DNA of 64,000 nucleotides, taken from IMG/VR virus record IMGVR_UViG_3300000101_000005. One strand, 5' to 3'. The translations under genes and the position numbers were made by a program. This document shows positions 1 to 12,100 of this stretch, one piece after another. A model generated the notes under the pieces. The model was not told where the DNA came from. It saw only the letters and a program-made list of their open reading frames with translations, and made no database searches. The number at the start of each line of letters is the position of its first letter. The first letter of the stretch is position 1. The stretch comes from a virus (Duplodnaviria; Caudoviricetes).

Positions 1-2
1 GT

Positions 3-137
3 AGCCTGTTTGAAATACAAAGTAAACCAGACGAAATTTTTGTTAGTGGTGCCACTGTTGATGACATAGAGATTGTATCTTCTATCACGGCTGCCGAAAT
101 TGGTGCAGCAGGTAGTTCAATAGTGAGTGACACATAA
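3..137 (+). CDS. 3' end of an upstream gene, probably a baseplate wedge (gp6-like) subunit; partial
   Basis: Open frame from the window edge reads SLFEIQSKPDEIFVSGATVDDIEIVSSITAAEIGAAGSSIVSDT*. Its TAA (135-137) overlaps the next ATG (TAATG). The product call rests on position before the tail module and recalled similarity to jumbo-phage wedge C-termini. Confidence 0.45.
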   Translation, partial: SLFEIQSKPDEIFVSGATVDDIEIVSSITAAEIGAAGSSIVSDT

Positions 138-3100
138 TGGCTGATAACAAAAAGTTTCCTAACAGTGAAATACCTATTAGAAAAAGTAAAGACTTATTAC
201 CTACTGTCTTTCAAACACCAGCCAATGATAAATTTTTATCAGGTGTACTTGATCCACTAGTTCAACCAGGTGTTGTTGATAAAACTGTAGGTTACATTGG
301 TAAGCGTTACGGAAAAACATTTACTGGTAATGACGTTTATCTTGATACAGATCAAACACTAAGAAGTCGCTACCAACTTGAGCCAGCGGTTACTGTTGAA
401 GAAAACCGAGAAATTAAAAAGTTTAAAGATTATATTGATCTTAAAAGCATGATCGAATTTTTTGGTAATGCTAATGAGAGAGATGATAAAACTACAGAGC
501 AAGAACACTACAGTTGGAACCCGCCTATTGTATGGGACAAGTTTGTTAACTACAGAGAATATTATTGGATCCCTGGAGGCACACCGTCTATAGATGTATA
601 TGGACAAGCAGCAAATATCCAAAGCACATATAAAGTTGGAACAGGAATAAACAGTTGGCTAGTTACACCAGATAGCGTAACTAATAATCCTGACATTATT
701 TTATATAGAGGACAAGAATATAAGTTTGAAATTAATTCTCCTGAAGAAGGCTTCTATATTAGAAACAATTACGATACAGGTTCACTAGAATTTAATACTA
801 ATAAAGCATACTTTCCAGGCGAACTAGCAGTATTCAATAAGCAACTTTGGAAGTGTGTTAATGAAACTAGTCCATTAGACGGAAGTAGTATTACAATTGA
901 TTCACAGGATTGGAAATTAGTTTCAAATGATGCTGGCTTTGCATCACTACTATATAGAGACGGAGTAGAAGGTAACGGTACTAAAGTAGGAACAGTTACA
1001 TTTAAAGTTCCACAAAATTCTCCGGATATTTTATATTATCAAAGTGATGTTTCTCCTAACAGACTAGGTAGATTCATTATTTCAGATATTGACTCAAATA
1101 CTTTTATTAATGTTGATAAAGAAATTGTAGGTAAAAAAGATTATACAACAGCAGACGGACTTGAATTTACAAACGGATTAGTTGTAGAGTTTAGAGGACA
1201 AGTACAGCCGTCTAAATATGCAGAAGGACAGTGGTTAATTGAAGGTGTAGGAAACGAAATTACATTAATTAGATTTGCTGACTTAGTACCACCACCGTTA
1301 GATACAGATTCTCCTGACATACTATTTGACAATCAAGGATTTGATACACAGCCGTTTGACGATGCATCACAGTATCCTGGTAATAAAGATTACATTACAA
1401 TTTCTAGAAACAGCAAAGACTCAAACCCATGGTCTAGGTATAATAGATGGTTCCACAGAACTGTTTTAGAATCAGCTTTTAAACTTAGAAATCAAGACTT
1501 TGATTCATTAGAATCAGCAAGAGCTAAAAGACCTATTATTGAATTCCTTCCTGATATACAATTATATAATCATGGTGGAATTGCAAAACAAACAGTTGAC
1601 TATGTAGATACATTTACAGATGATGTATTTTCTAAAGTTGAAGGTTCACAGGGTTATAACATTGACGGTGAGTTTTTGTTTGAAGGCGCAAGAGTTCTAG
1701 TTATTGCAGATACAGACAGTCTTGCAAACAATAGAATTTATGAAGTAAAGTTTGTAAAACACAACAATACAACACAGATTAATTTAAAAGAAACTGCTGA
1801 TACACTATCAGCATTTAACGAAGGTGTATTAGTAAGACGAGGTACAGTTAACTCTGGTAAGATGTATCATTATGATGGTACAACTTGGAAACTTAGTCAA
1901 GAAAAAATTGCTACTAACCAAGCACCTAAATTTGAATTATATGATTCTACAGGTGTTGCATTCTCAAACGAAACTACATACCCTGTATCAAGTTTTGTTG
2001 GTAGCAACCTTTTAGGTTATAAGGTTGGCAGCGGAGTTGTAGATACAGAATTAGGATTTGCATTAACGTATGCAAACATTAATAATGTAGGCGACATTGT
2101 ATTTGATTGGAGTTTCGAAACAGAAAAATTTACTTACACATTGTTGCAAAAACAATATAGTAAAAATACCAACACAGGTTTTTATAAAATTAATGGAGTA
2201 TATGCTAACGGTTGGATAGCAACTGATAAAACTTACATACAACCAATTATTGATCAGTATACATTTAATACATCAGATTCGATAGGAATATTTAATACTG
2301 TTGAATGGGAAACACTTCCAAGCAATGCACTAATTAATTTTTATCTAAACGGTGAGTATATTAGTAACACATATACTAGAAGCGCAAATCAATTTACGTT
2401 TGATAGAACGTTCAGTATAAATGATGTACTAACTGTAAAAGTAGTTGCAGCAGTTAAACCTGATCAAGGTTACTATCAGATACCAGCAGGTTTAGAAAAA
2501 AATCCTCTCAACGAACAGTTAAAAACATTCACACTAGGACAGGCAACTGACCATTTAAAATCATCTCTTGAATTTGATAGGAGAGTTATAGGATCTGTTC
2601 CAGGAGTTTCAAACCTAAGAGATGTAGACGGTTATCAGAAACACTCAACAAGATTCATGAAGCACTCAGGCTTCGCAGCAGTTTCTACGTTACTAGTTAA
2701 TGACAAAGATGTTAACATTGTAAAGTCTCTTAGATATGCTAAGTCTGCATACACAATTTTTAAACAAAACATTATTAAGAAAGCAATCGAAGTTGAATTC
2801 AATGAAAACACTTCAGACTTTTTAGATAATATTATAGAAAATATTACAAAAACTAAAACTATTGAGAGTCCTTTTGCAGACTCAGATATGATAGGTGCTG
2901 GAGCATTTACTAAAACTGATTATGTTGTTGATGATCCAGGTATTAAGAATTTTACACTTAATGAAAACTTTGACTTAACAACATTAAGTAGAAAAGCAGC
3001 ATATGTTTACCTTAACGATGTACAACTTATTGTTGGAAAAGATTACGAAGTTAACGGTGCATTAGGCTTTATTACAATTAAAGGAACTCTTGTACCAGGT

Positions 3101-6100
3101 GATAGACTTGAAATAAGAGAGTATGTGTCAACAGCATTTAGTCATGTACCACCGACTCCTAGCTCATTAGGTCTTTATCCTAAGTACGAGCCTACAAAAT
3201 ATTTAGATGATACTTATAGAGTACCTAAAGATATAATACAAGGACATGATGGTAGTAAAACTACAGCATATGGTGATTACAGAGATGACCTACTTTTAGA
3301 ATTTGAAAAACGTGTTTTTAATAACATTAAACAAGAATATGACCCTGCAATTTTTGATGTACAGAAAGCGTTAGGTGGATATTACGGTAACAGTACATTT
3401 ACAAAAGAAGAACTAGATAATGTAATTAACCAAGAGTTTCTATCTTGGGTACAGAATACTAACCTAGGTTATACAACAAATGATTATTTTGTAGATACAG
3501 AACCATTTACATATACATATTCTAATATGACTGATCCTACAGGCAAAGAAAACTTGCCTGGATACTGGAGAGGAGTTTACAAATACTTCTACGATACTGA
3601 TAGGCCCCATACACACCCTTGGGAGATGTTAGGCTTTAGTATTAAACCTAGTTGGTTCGATACAGAATATGGTGTCGCTCCTTATACAAACGGTAACTTA
3701 GTATTGTGGGAAGATATTGCTCAAGGTAAAATTGCTCAAGGTACACGAGCAGGCATATATCCAAGATACGCTAGAACAACTATTTTAAATCATATCCCTT
3801 GTGACTGTGATGGTAAACTTGTTGATCCTTTAACATCAGGTCTTGCTGGAAACTTTCAGCTTGTTAATAACAGAGGACCATTTAAGTTAGGTGATGATAG
3901 TCCGGTTGAGAATGCATGGAAAACTAGTTCAGAATATCCTTTTGCAATAACAACAGCATTAGCATTATTAAAACCATTTGATTATTTGGTACTAAACTTT
4001 GATAGATCTGTAACTAAAAGAAACATTATTAATCAATTAGTAAACGTAACGTCGGACACATTTTTAAAGCCAACAGACTTAAAATTTCCTGTAGCAGGAA
4101 CAACACAAGTTGCAGGACTTGCAATGTACATTGCTTCTTATATTAAGTCTAAGGGTGCTTCTGTTGCTGAAGCACAAAAGAACATTGATAATATCAATGT
4201 TAGACTAAGTTCAAGAGTAAGCGGGTTTGTTGATAAACAACAGCAGAAGTATTTGCTTGATAGTAAAAATCCAAGTTCAGCAAGTGCAAGTGTGTTTATT
4301 CCACCGGAAAATTACGACATTATCTTTAATGTAAGTTCGCCAATTAGCTCAGTAACTTATAGTGGTATTATCTTTGAGAAAACTACGCAAGGTTGGGTAG
4401 TTAATGGGTACGATGATATTAATCCGTACTTTAACACATTCGAAACATTCCCACAACAAAAAGATCCTGTTATATCAGTTGCAGGAACTTCAGAACCTTT
4501 TGCAACATGGGAACAAGAAAAAAGATTTAATAACGGCGGCATTATTCAGTATAGAGGAACATTCTATAGAGCAACAGCTACATTTACTTCTGGAGAAACA
4601 TTTGATAAAAGTAACTTAGTACAGTTGCCTGACTTGCCAGTTGCGAATGCTGTTACTGCTCAACAACGTAGAAACTTCAATAGTTTTAAAGTTAAGAAAG
4701 TTAGTTACGGAACAGAGTTTAATAAAGTACAAGACGTAGTTGATTTCTTGTTAGGATATCAAGCACACTTAAAAAGCCTAGGTTTTGACTTTGCAAACTA
4801 CGATGGTACTAATCAAGTAGTACAAGATTTTGTAACAGCATCAAAAGAATTTATGTATTGGACAGTTCATAACTGGGCAGTAGGTTCTGTATTATCAGTT
4901 AGTCCGGGTGCATCAAACATGGACGTTAAACTAGCAGTTGGGGTTGCTGATAACTTGCTAGATAGTTTTTATGACTACAGTGTTTTAAAAGCAGACGGGT
5001 CAGCAATAGATCCTAAGTTTATAAATGTTTCAAGATCTTTCCAAAATATTTCAATTAGCACAACAAATACAACTGAAGGTATCTACTTACTAAAACTAAA
5101 TTATGTTTTAAAAGAACACGTTGTTGTGTTCGACGATAAAACAGTTTTTAATGATACTATCTTTGACAAAGCAACAGGTTATAGACAAGAAAGAATTAAA
5201 GCTCAAGGATTCAGAACAACAGATTGGGACGGTGATTATACTAGCCCAGGGTTCTTATTTGATAATGTATCATTTGACACTTGGACACCTTACTACGATT
5301 ATAAGTTAGGCGACATTGTATCCTACAGAGCATACAAATATACTGCAAAAGGTAACCACACTAGTGAAGAAGAGTTTAATGATAATAATTGGACACAGCT
5401 AGATTCAACACCTGAGAAACAACTTGTTCCTAACTTCGATTATAGAATTAATCAAATTGAAGATTACTTTGATGTAGCGTCTGAAGGATTAGGAAAGAGC
5501 CAAAGAGATCTTGCAAGACATACTGTAGGGTATCAAAGCAGAACATATTTAGAAAACTTATCTGAAGATCCAACAACACAATTTAAATTGTATCAAGGAT
5601 TTATTAGAGAAAAAGGTACGCCTAATGCAATTACTAAATTGTTTACAAAACTAGGTGACAATACTTCTACTGCGGCTGTTGACTTAAATGAGGAGTGGGG
5701 TTTTAGATTAGGACGGATAGGAGGTGTTGATCAGTCAGAAAGACTTGAAATTAGATTAGACACTGACAAGTTTAAATTAAATCCTCAACCAGTATTAGTT
5801 GAAGCATCAGCACAAGATAAAGTCGATAGATATTATAGAGTTGATTCTACTAACTTTGAATTTGGTCCTACACCATTTACAACAGCAATCAATCCTGTTA
5901 GTTATGACTCTACTCCTGTTCTAACAGCAGGGTATGTAGCAGTAGGACAAACAGATGCTACAGTTACAAACAGAGATGAAATATTAAATCTTGCAATTAC
6001 TACTATTAGCGATAACGATCATATATGGGTTACATTCGATGGACCTTCGTGGACTGTGCTTAGAGCTAATACAGTTTACGATTTAAAAATTACAAACGTA

Positions 6101-9100
6101 CAAAGTAACGATAACAATGAAGTAATATTTACATTTGAGAAAGCACACTTATTAGCTGTTGATGATATATTTGGTATTAAAACAATAGCTGGACTAAATC
6201 AGTTTTGGAAAGTAAAAGCAGTAACAACTAATACAGTTACAGTACAGCATACATTAAAGTATGATGCAGATCAAGGATTTGAACCTAGTACAGGTGCTTA
6301 CCCAATGCTATTAACTGAAGCACGTTTTAGTACTTACGATAACGTTGATGTAGAAAAGTTAGCATTACTAACCGACGGATCAAAGCTATTTGTAGACTCT
6401 AACGTTAACTCACGTTGGGAAGTTGTTGAAAAGAAAAAACAGTTTACAGGTAAGAAAATTATTGACTTTGGTATCATTGATCCAACAAGTGTTGGTAAAA
6501 AAACAGTTTACAGTGATACACTTAAACAAGTTATAGTTGGCATACCTGATGTAGCAAGGGTAGGAGTTTATATTCAAGGTGCAACTGGTCTATCGTCTAA
6601 GCAATTGCTTGAACCACCAACATGGTTAACAACAGATGTTACAGGATCGTTTGGTCTTGAACTGGCATTAAGCCCAGATAGCAATTGGTTGATGGTTGGC
6701 GCACATACAGCAAGTGGCATTCCTAATAGATACAAAGGACCGTTTGATGTAAATGCAAACTACCTAGTCAACGATATTGTTTTATACTCAGGAAGACTTT
6801 ATAAAGCACAAGATAATATTAACGGTGACGGTAGTACTATCGACGTGTATAGTAACGAATGGGTTGAAGTACAGAAAATTAAAGCTGAACAAGATGGTTC
6901 AAATGCAGGAGACTTTGAGACAGGGGTAATATTCATTTACCAATACCAAGCTCAACAGTGGAACTTGTTTGACATACAGGTAAGTCCAAGAACTACACAA
7001 AATGAAAGATTTGGTCAGAAGATTGCAGTTAGTCAAGCAAGTAGTACAGGACCTTATTACATGTCAGTATCAGCACCTGGCTCACAAGATGCAAAAGGTC
7101 GTGTGTATCTTTACACATATGATACAACAGATGGCTGGCACTTAGACTATAATAAAAATTATAAAGGCATTTATGCTGCTGATGATTCTACTTTCTATCC
7201 TAAGGACTCAATTGTATTTTCAAATGGTGATATGTGGAAAGCATTGGTTGATAATGTTGCAGACGGAAGCTCATTAACAACTGGATCAAATGATTGGGTA
7301 CTAATGGACGAAGTAACAACAGGTGCTTCGCTTCCAATATCAATTGCGACTAACGATGATGGCTCAACACTTGATGCTGGGCTACTTGATGATCAACAAC
7401 TTACTGAATTAATTAAAGAAGACGATCGCTTTGGTACTTCTATAGCAATGAACTATGACGGAACAATACTAGCAGTAGGCGCACCTAACAGTGACAGTCA
7501 GTACTTTTCAAACTATAAAGGCCACTGGAGACCTAACTACGAATATGCACAAGGAGATACAGTCAAGTATCAGGGCGGGTATCATCAGTTACAAAACCTA
7601 GGACCAAGTGCAGTAGGTGCAGATAGTACAATTAGAAGTTATAACGAAGCTCCAGATGCTGGTGAACCTTGGGTTAACGTAGGTGACAGTACTAGTGTTG
7701 CTTCAGGCAAAGTTTACATTTATAAAAAGAACACTGCTGGAGTTTATAGATTACTACAACAAATAAACGCAGATGCTTTACCATACCTAAGTGATCTTGA
7801 TCCAAGCGAAGTTATTAGTTCAGGTGATAAGTTTGGATATGCAATTGGCTTAGACTATTCAGGTAATACATTAGTTGTAACTAGTCCATTAGCAGACAAG
7901 AACTTCCAGAATCAAGGTAGTGCTTACGTATTCAAATATGATACTGACTCAACAGAATTTGCTTACAGGCTAAAACAAAAATTAACAAGTTATTCAGATT
8001 ATCCAAATGAAATGTTTGGTCAAGATATTTCAATATCAAGCGGCACGGAAATAATTGCAATTGGTGCAACTAACTCTCCGTATGTATTGCAAACTAGATT
8101 TGATGCTTCACAAACATTATACGATAGTAATAGAACTACGTTTAGAGACTATGATGGCTTTGCTGGTGCAGTATATGTATTTGAGAAAAAAGGTACAAAT
8201 GAGAAATTCTTCTTATCAGAAAAAATTGACGAAGCACTATCTTTAAATGAATCATTCGGATTTAGTTTATATGCTACAAGAAATGCTATTGTAGTTGGAT
8301 CACCTAACTTTATATCACCTGCATCATCAGGTGTTGATATTTTATTTACAGGAGCCAAAACAGGTACAGTTAGATTATTTGAAAAAACTGAAGGACAAAA
8401 TTCACTAAACATTATTGGCTCACAACCACAGACAGTTGACATTGATAAGTTTAAACGTATTTCATTATACGATACAGAAGATGATACAAAACTTCTTGAT
8501 TTAGAAATCTTTGATCCTGCTAAAATGAAACTGTTAGCAGAAGCAGAAAGAGAGCTTTCGTATAAAGTACCATATGATCCTGCAATATATTCAAATGGTA
8601 CAGCAGAAGGCGCAGTAGTTGACGATTCAATTTGCTGGAAAACTAGAAATGTAGGTAAACTATGGTGGGATATTTCAACTGCTAAATGGTACGACTATGA
8701 GCAAGGCTTAGTATCATATAGAGTAGGTGCTTGGGGTGCATTGGCTCCTGGAGCATCAATTGATATTTACGAATGGGTAGAGTCTAAGTTATTACCATCG
8801 GAGTGGGCAACAATTGCAGATACTAACGAAGGATTACCGTTAGGCATATCAGGGCAACCTTTGTATGCAGACGATAGTGCTTATAGTATAAAAGCAGAAT
8901 TTAATCCTAACACAGGATTGCAAACAGAAGTTTATTATTACTATTGGGTAAAAAATAAAGTTACTGTACCAGAAGGTATTGCTGATAGATCTATTTCAGC
9001 AGGTGACGTGTTTAACTTAATTAATGATCCTTCAGCGTTAGGACAAACCTACGCAGCGTTTATTGATAAAGATAAGTTTTTATTATTCAATTATAAATCA

Positions 9101-12100
9101 ACAGTAGCAGACAGTTCAGCTGTTCTTAATATTGAATACTTTACACAGCAAGAAAATCAAAATCAGATACACCAAGAGTATCAACTTCTTACTGAAGGTG
9201 TTGCAGATAGCTTACCAACAACTTCATTAGAAAATAAATGGATTGATAGTTTAATTGGTTACGATGTACAAGGTAATAGAATACCTGATACTAATTTGCC
9301 AGCAAAACAGCGATACGGTATTAGTTACAGACCAAGACAAAGTATGTTTGTTGATAGAAAGACTTTATTAAAAACTTTAATCACAAACGTTAATGCAATT
9401 ATGCACAAAGAACCATTTGCTGATTCATTAGACTTTACAACATTGAACTCAGTTGATACTAAACCAAGTTCTTTGTTAAATTTATACGACACAACAGTTG
9501 ATACTTACACTGAGTTACTTGAAGTTGGTACATCTAGAACTAAGCAGTGTTCATTACGTGCAAATATTATCGATAATGAAATTAACTCTATTGATATATT
9601 AAGTGCAGGGTTTGGATACAAGATACCTCCTACTATTGAATTTGAAGGTGACGGAACAGGTGCAGAAGCAGTTACTACAATTGACAACCAAGGTAGAGTT
9701 AATAGTGTAACAATTACTAATAGTGGTAAACTTTATACCTATGTTGCTACTAAGCCAAGACAGTTTAGTGTGCTTGTTGAAAGTGATTCAACAGCTGAAA
9801 ACTTCTGGAGCATTTATGCTTGGGACGATACAAGACAATCATGGTACAGAAGTAGATCACAAGCATATAACACACCATCATACTGGTCATATGCTGACTG
9901 GTGGGACAACGATTTTGGTCCTACGTCAAGGATTATATCAGAAATTATCAGTGTTTACGAAGAGCCAACTATAAATGTTGAAATTGGTGATTTGATTAGA
10001 ATCAAAGAATACGGTTCAGGCGGATGGGCAGTGTTTAAGAAAACTGCTAACGTTTCTAATGGTGCTATGAACAATTACGATTTGATTGGTAGAGAGCTAG
10101 GAACTATACAATTTTCAACAACGTTATATGACACAGCACTAAGTGGTGTTGGATTTGATAACGTAGATTCATATGATATTGACTTTTATGATAAAGAAGT
10201 TTCAAATGAACTTAGATTTATTTTACAAGCATTGAAAGAAGATATTTTAATTGGAAATTATGCAGTTGAATGGAATAACTTATTCTTTACATCTATTAGA
10301 TATGTTTTCAAAGAACAAACATACGTTGACTGGGCATTTAAAACTAGTTTCTTAAATGCAACACACAATGTTGGCACATTAAAACAAAAAACTAATTATA
10401 GAAATGATAGTCTTGAAAGCTACTTAGAATACATCAATGAGGTTAAGCCTTATAGTACAACTGTAAGAGAGTATATTAGTAAGTATAATAACTTAGATAC
10501 TGCAAATTCTGCAGTCGCAGACTTTGATTTACCTCCTTATTACTCAGAAGAGAAAGGTAAAATTGTTCCTGTTGAAGGCGCAGACAACATACTATCAACA
10601 TATCCTTATAAATTCTGGAACGATAATAAAGGATATCAAATTACAGAGATTAGTGTTGCAAGTAAAGGTGCAGATTATACAGTAGCACCTAAGGTATCAA
10701 TTACAGGTGGTAATGGAACTGGAGCAAAAGCAACAGCATACGTTTCAAACGGTAAAGTTACAGGAATTACACTAACTGAACACGGTACAGGATACACATC
10801 AACACCAACAGTTTCGCTTATAGGCGGAAACGGAACATCACCGTCACTTGCAAGAGCAGTTGCAGTACTAGGTAACGGTAAAACACGTTCTATGAGTGTT
10901 AATATGAAGTTTGATAGGATTTCTAAAACAGGTATCTACAGTAACTTTACACAAACTGAGTCATTTACTGCTACAGGGTCAACGGCTGTGTTTAATTTAA
11001 CATATCCGCCAACTAGAGACAAAGCAAAAATATCAATTATTAATAATGGCCAAGTAGTTCTTAATAACGAATACACTATATCGTTGTTTACTTTAGAAAC
11101 AGATGTGTACAAACAGTTAAGAGGTAAGATTACATTTGTAATTCCACCAGCTCAGAACGATATTGTTACAATTACATATGAAAAGAATGATGAAATCTTA
11201 GATAGTGTAAGTAGAATTACAAAATACTATAATCCTTCATCAGGTATGGTAGGTAAAGAGCTTGATCAGTTAATGACAGGTATCGACTTTGGTGGTGTTC
11301 AAGTACAAGGTACTACATTTGATGTTACAGGTGGCTGGGACGCACTTCCTTGGTTTACAGACAGTTGGGATAGTGTCGAAGCAGCAGCAGATTACTACTA
11401 TGTTGCAGATGGAAGTACAATTGGTGTAACACTTCCTTATATTCCTACAGACGGACAAGTTATTAACGTTTACTTAAAACGTGCAGGTATTGTTGTACCT
11501 GACGATATTCTTAATTTACAAACTGAAGAAGGCGTTGATGCTCCACCAACACTTAGAATTGATGATCCTAATTATACAGACGCTTGGGATAGTTCGATAG
11601 CAACCAATCCTCATGCACAAATGCCAACATTTATAGGTGACGGCAGCACAAAAGTTGTAGAAGTAGGCGCATATGTTTCAACAAATCCAGGAGATATCTT
11701 AATTTTCCGTCCTGCAGAAAGCGATGGTGCTGTAACTATTAATGATAATAACTTGCTAGATACAAAATTATCAGGTGGTACTTTATCAGCAATGGGTGGT
11801 GCTTATGCAACCGCAACAGGAACACGAGCAGAAGACATTTCAATAGACGGCGGCGAATATACTAGCCCAGACCAAGTTCCTGCAACAGAAGAAAACGTAC
11901 CCGGACAGGTTTTAGACAGTTTAAGTATTAAAGTATTCCATTCAAATCAAAATGCAACAGGTGCTCCTATTAAGTCTAATGTTAGAATAGGTGACGGATC
12001 AACATTAACATATCCTATAGGACAAAAAATTATTGAAAACAAGTCAGTGATAGTATATGTTGACGGCTTAAAAGTTGAACCAGCAACATATACAGTTAGT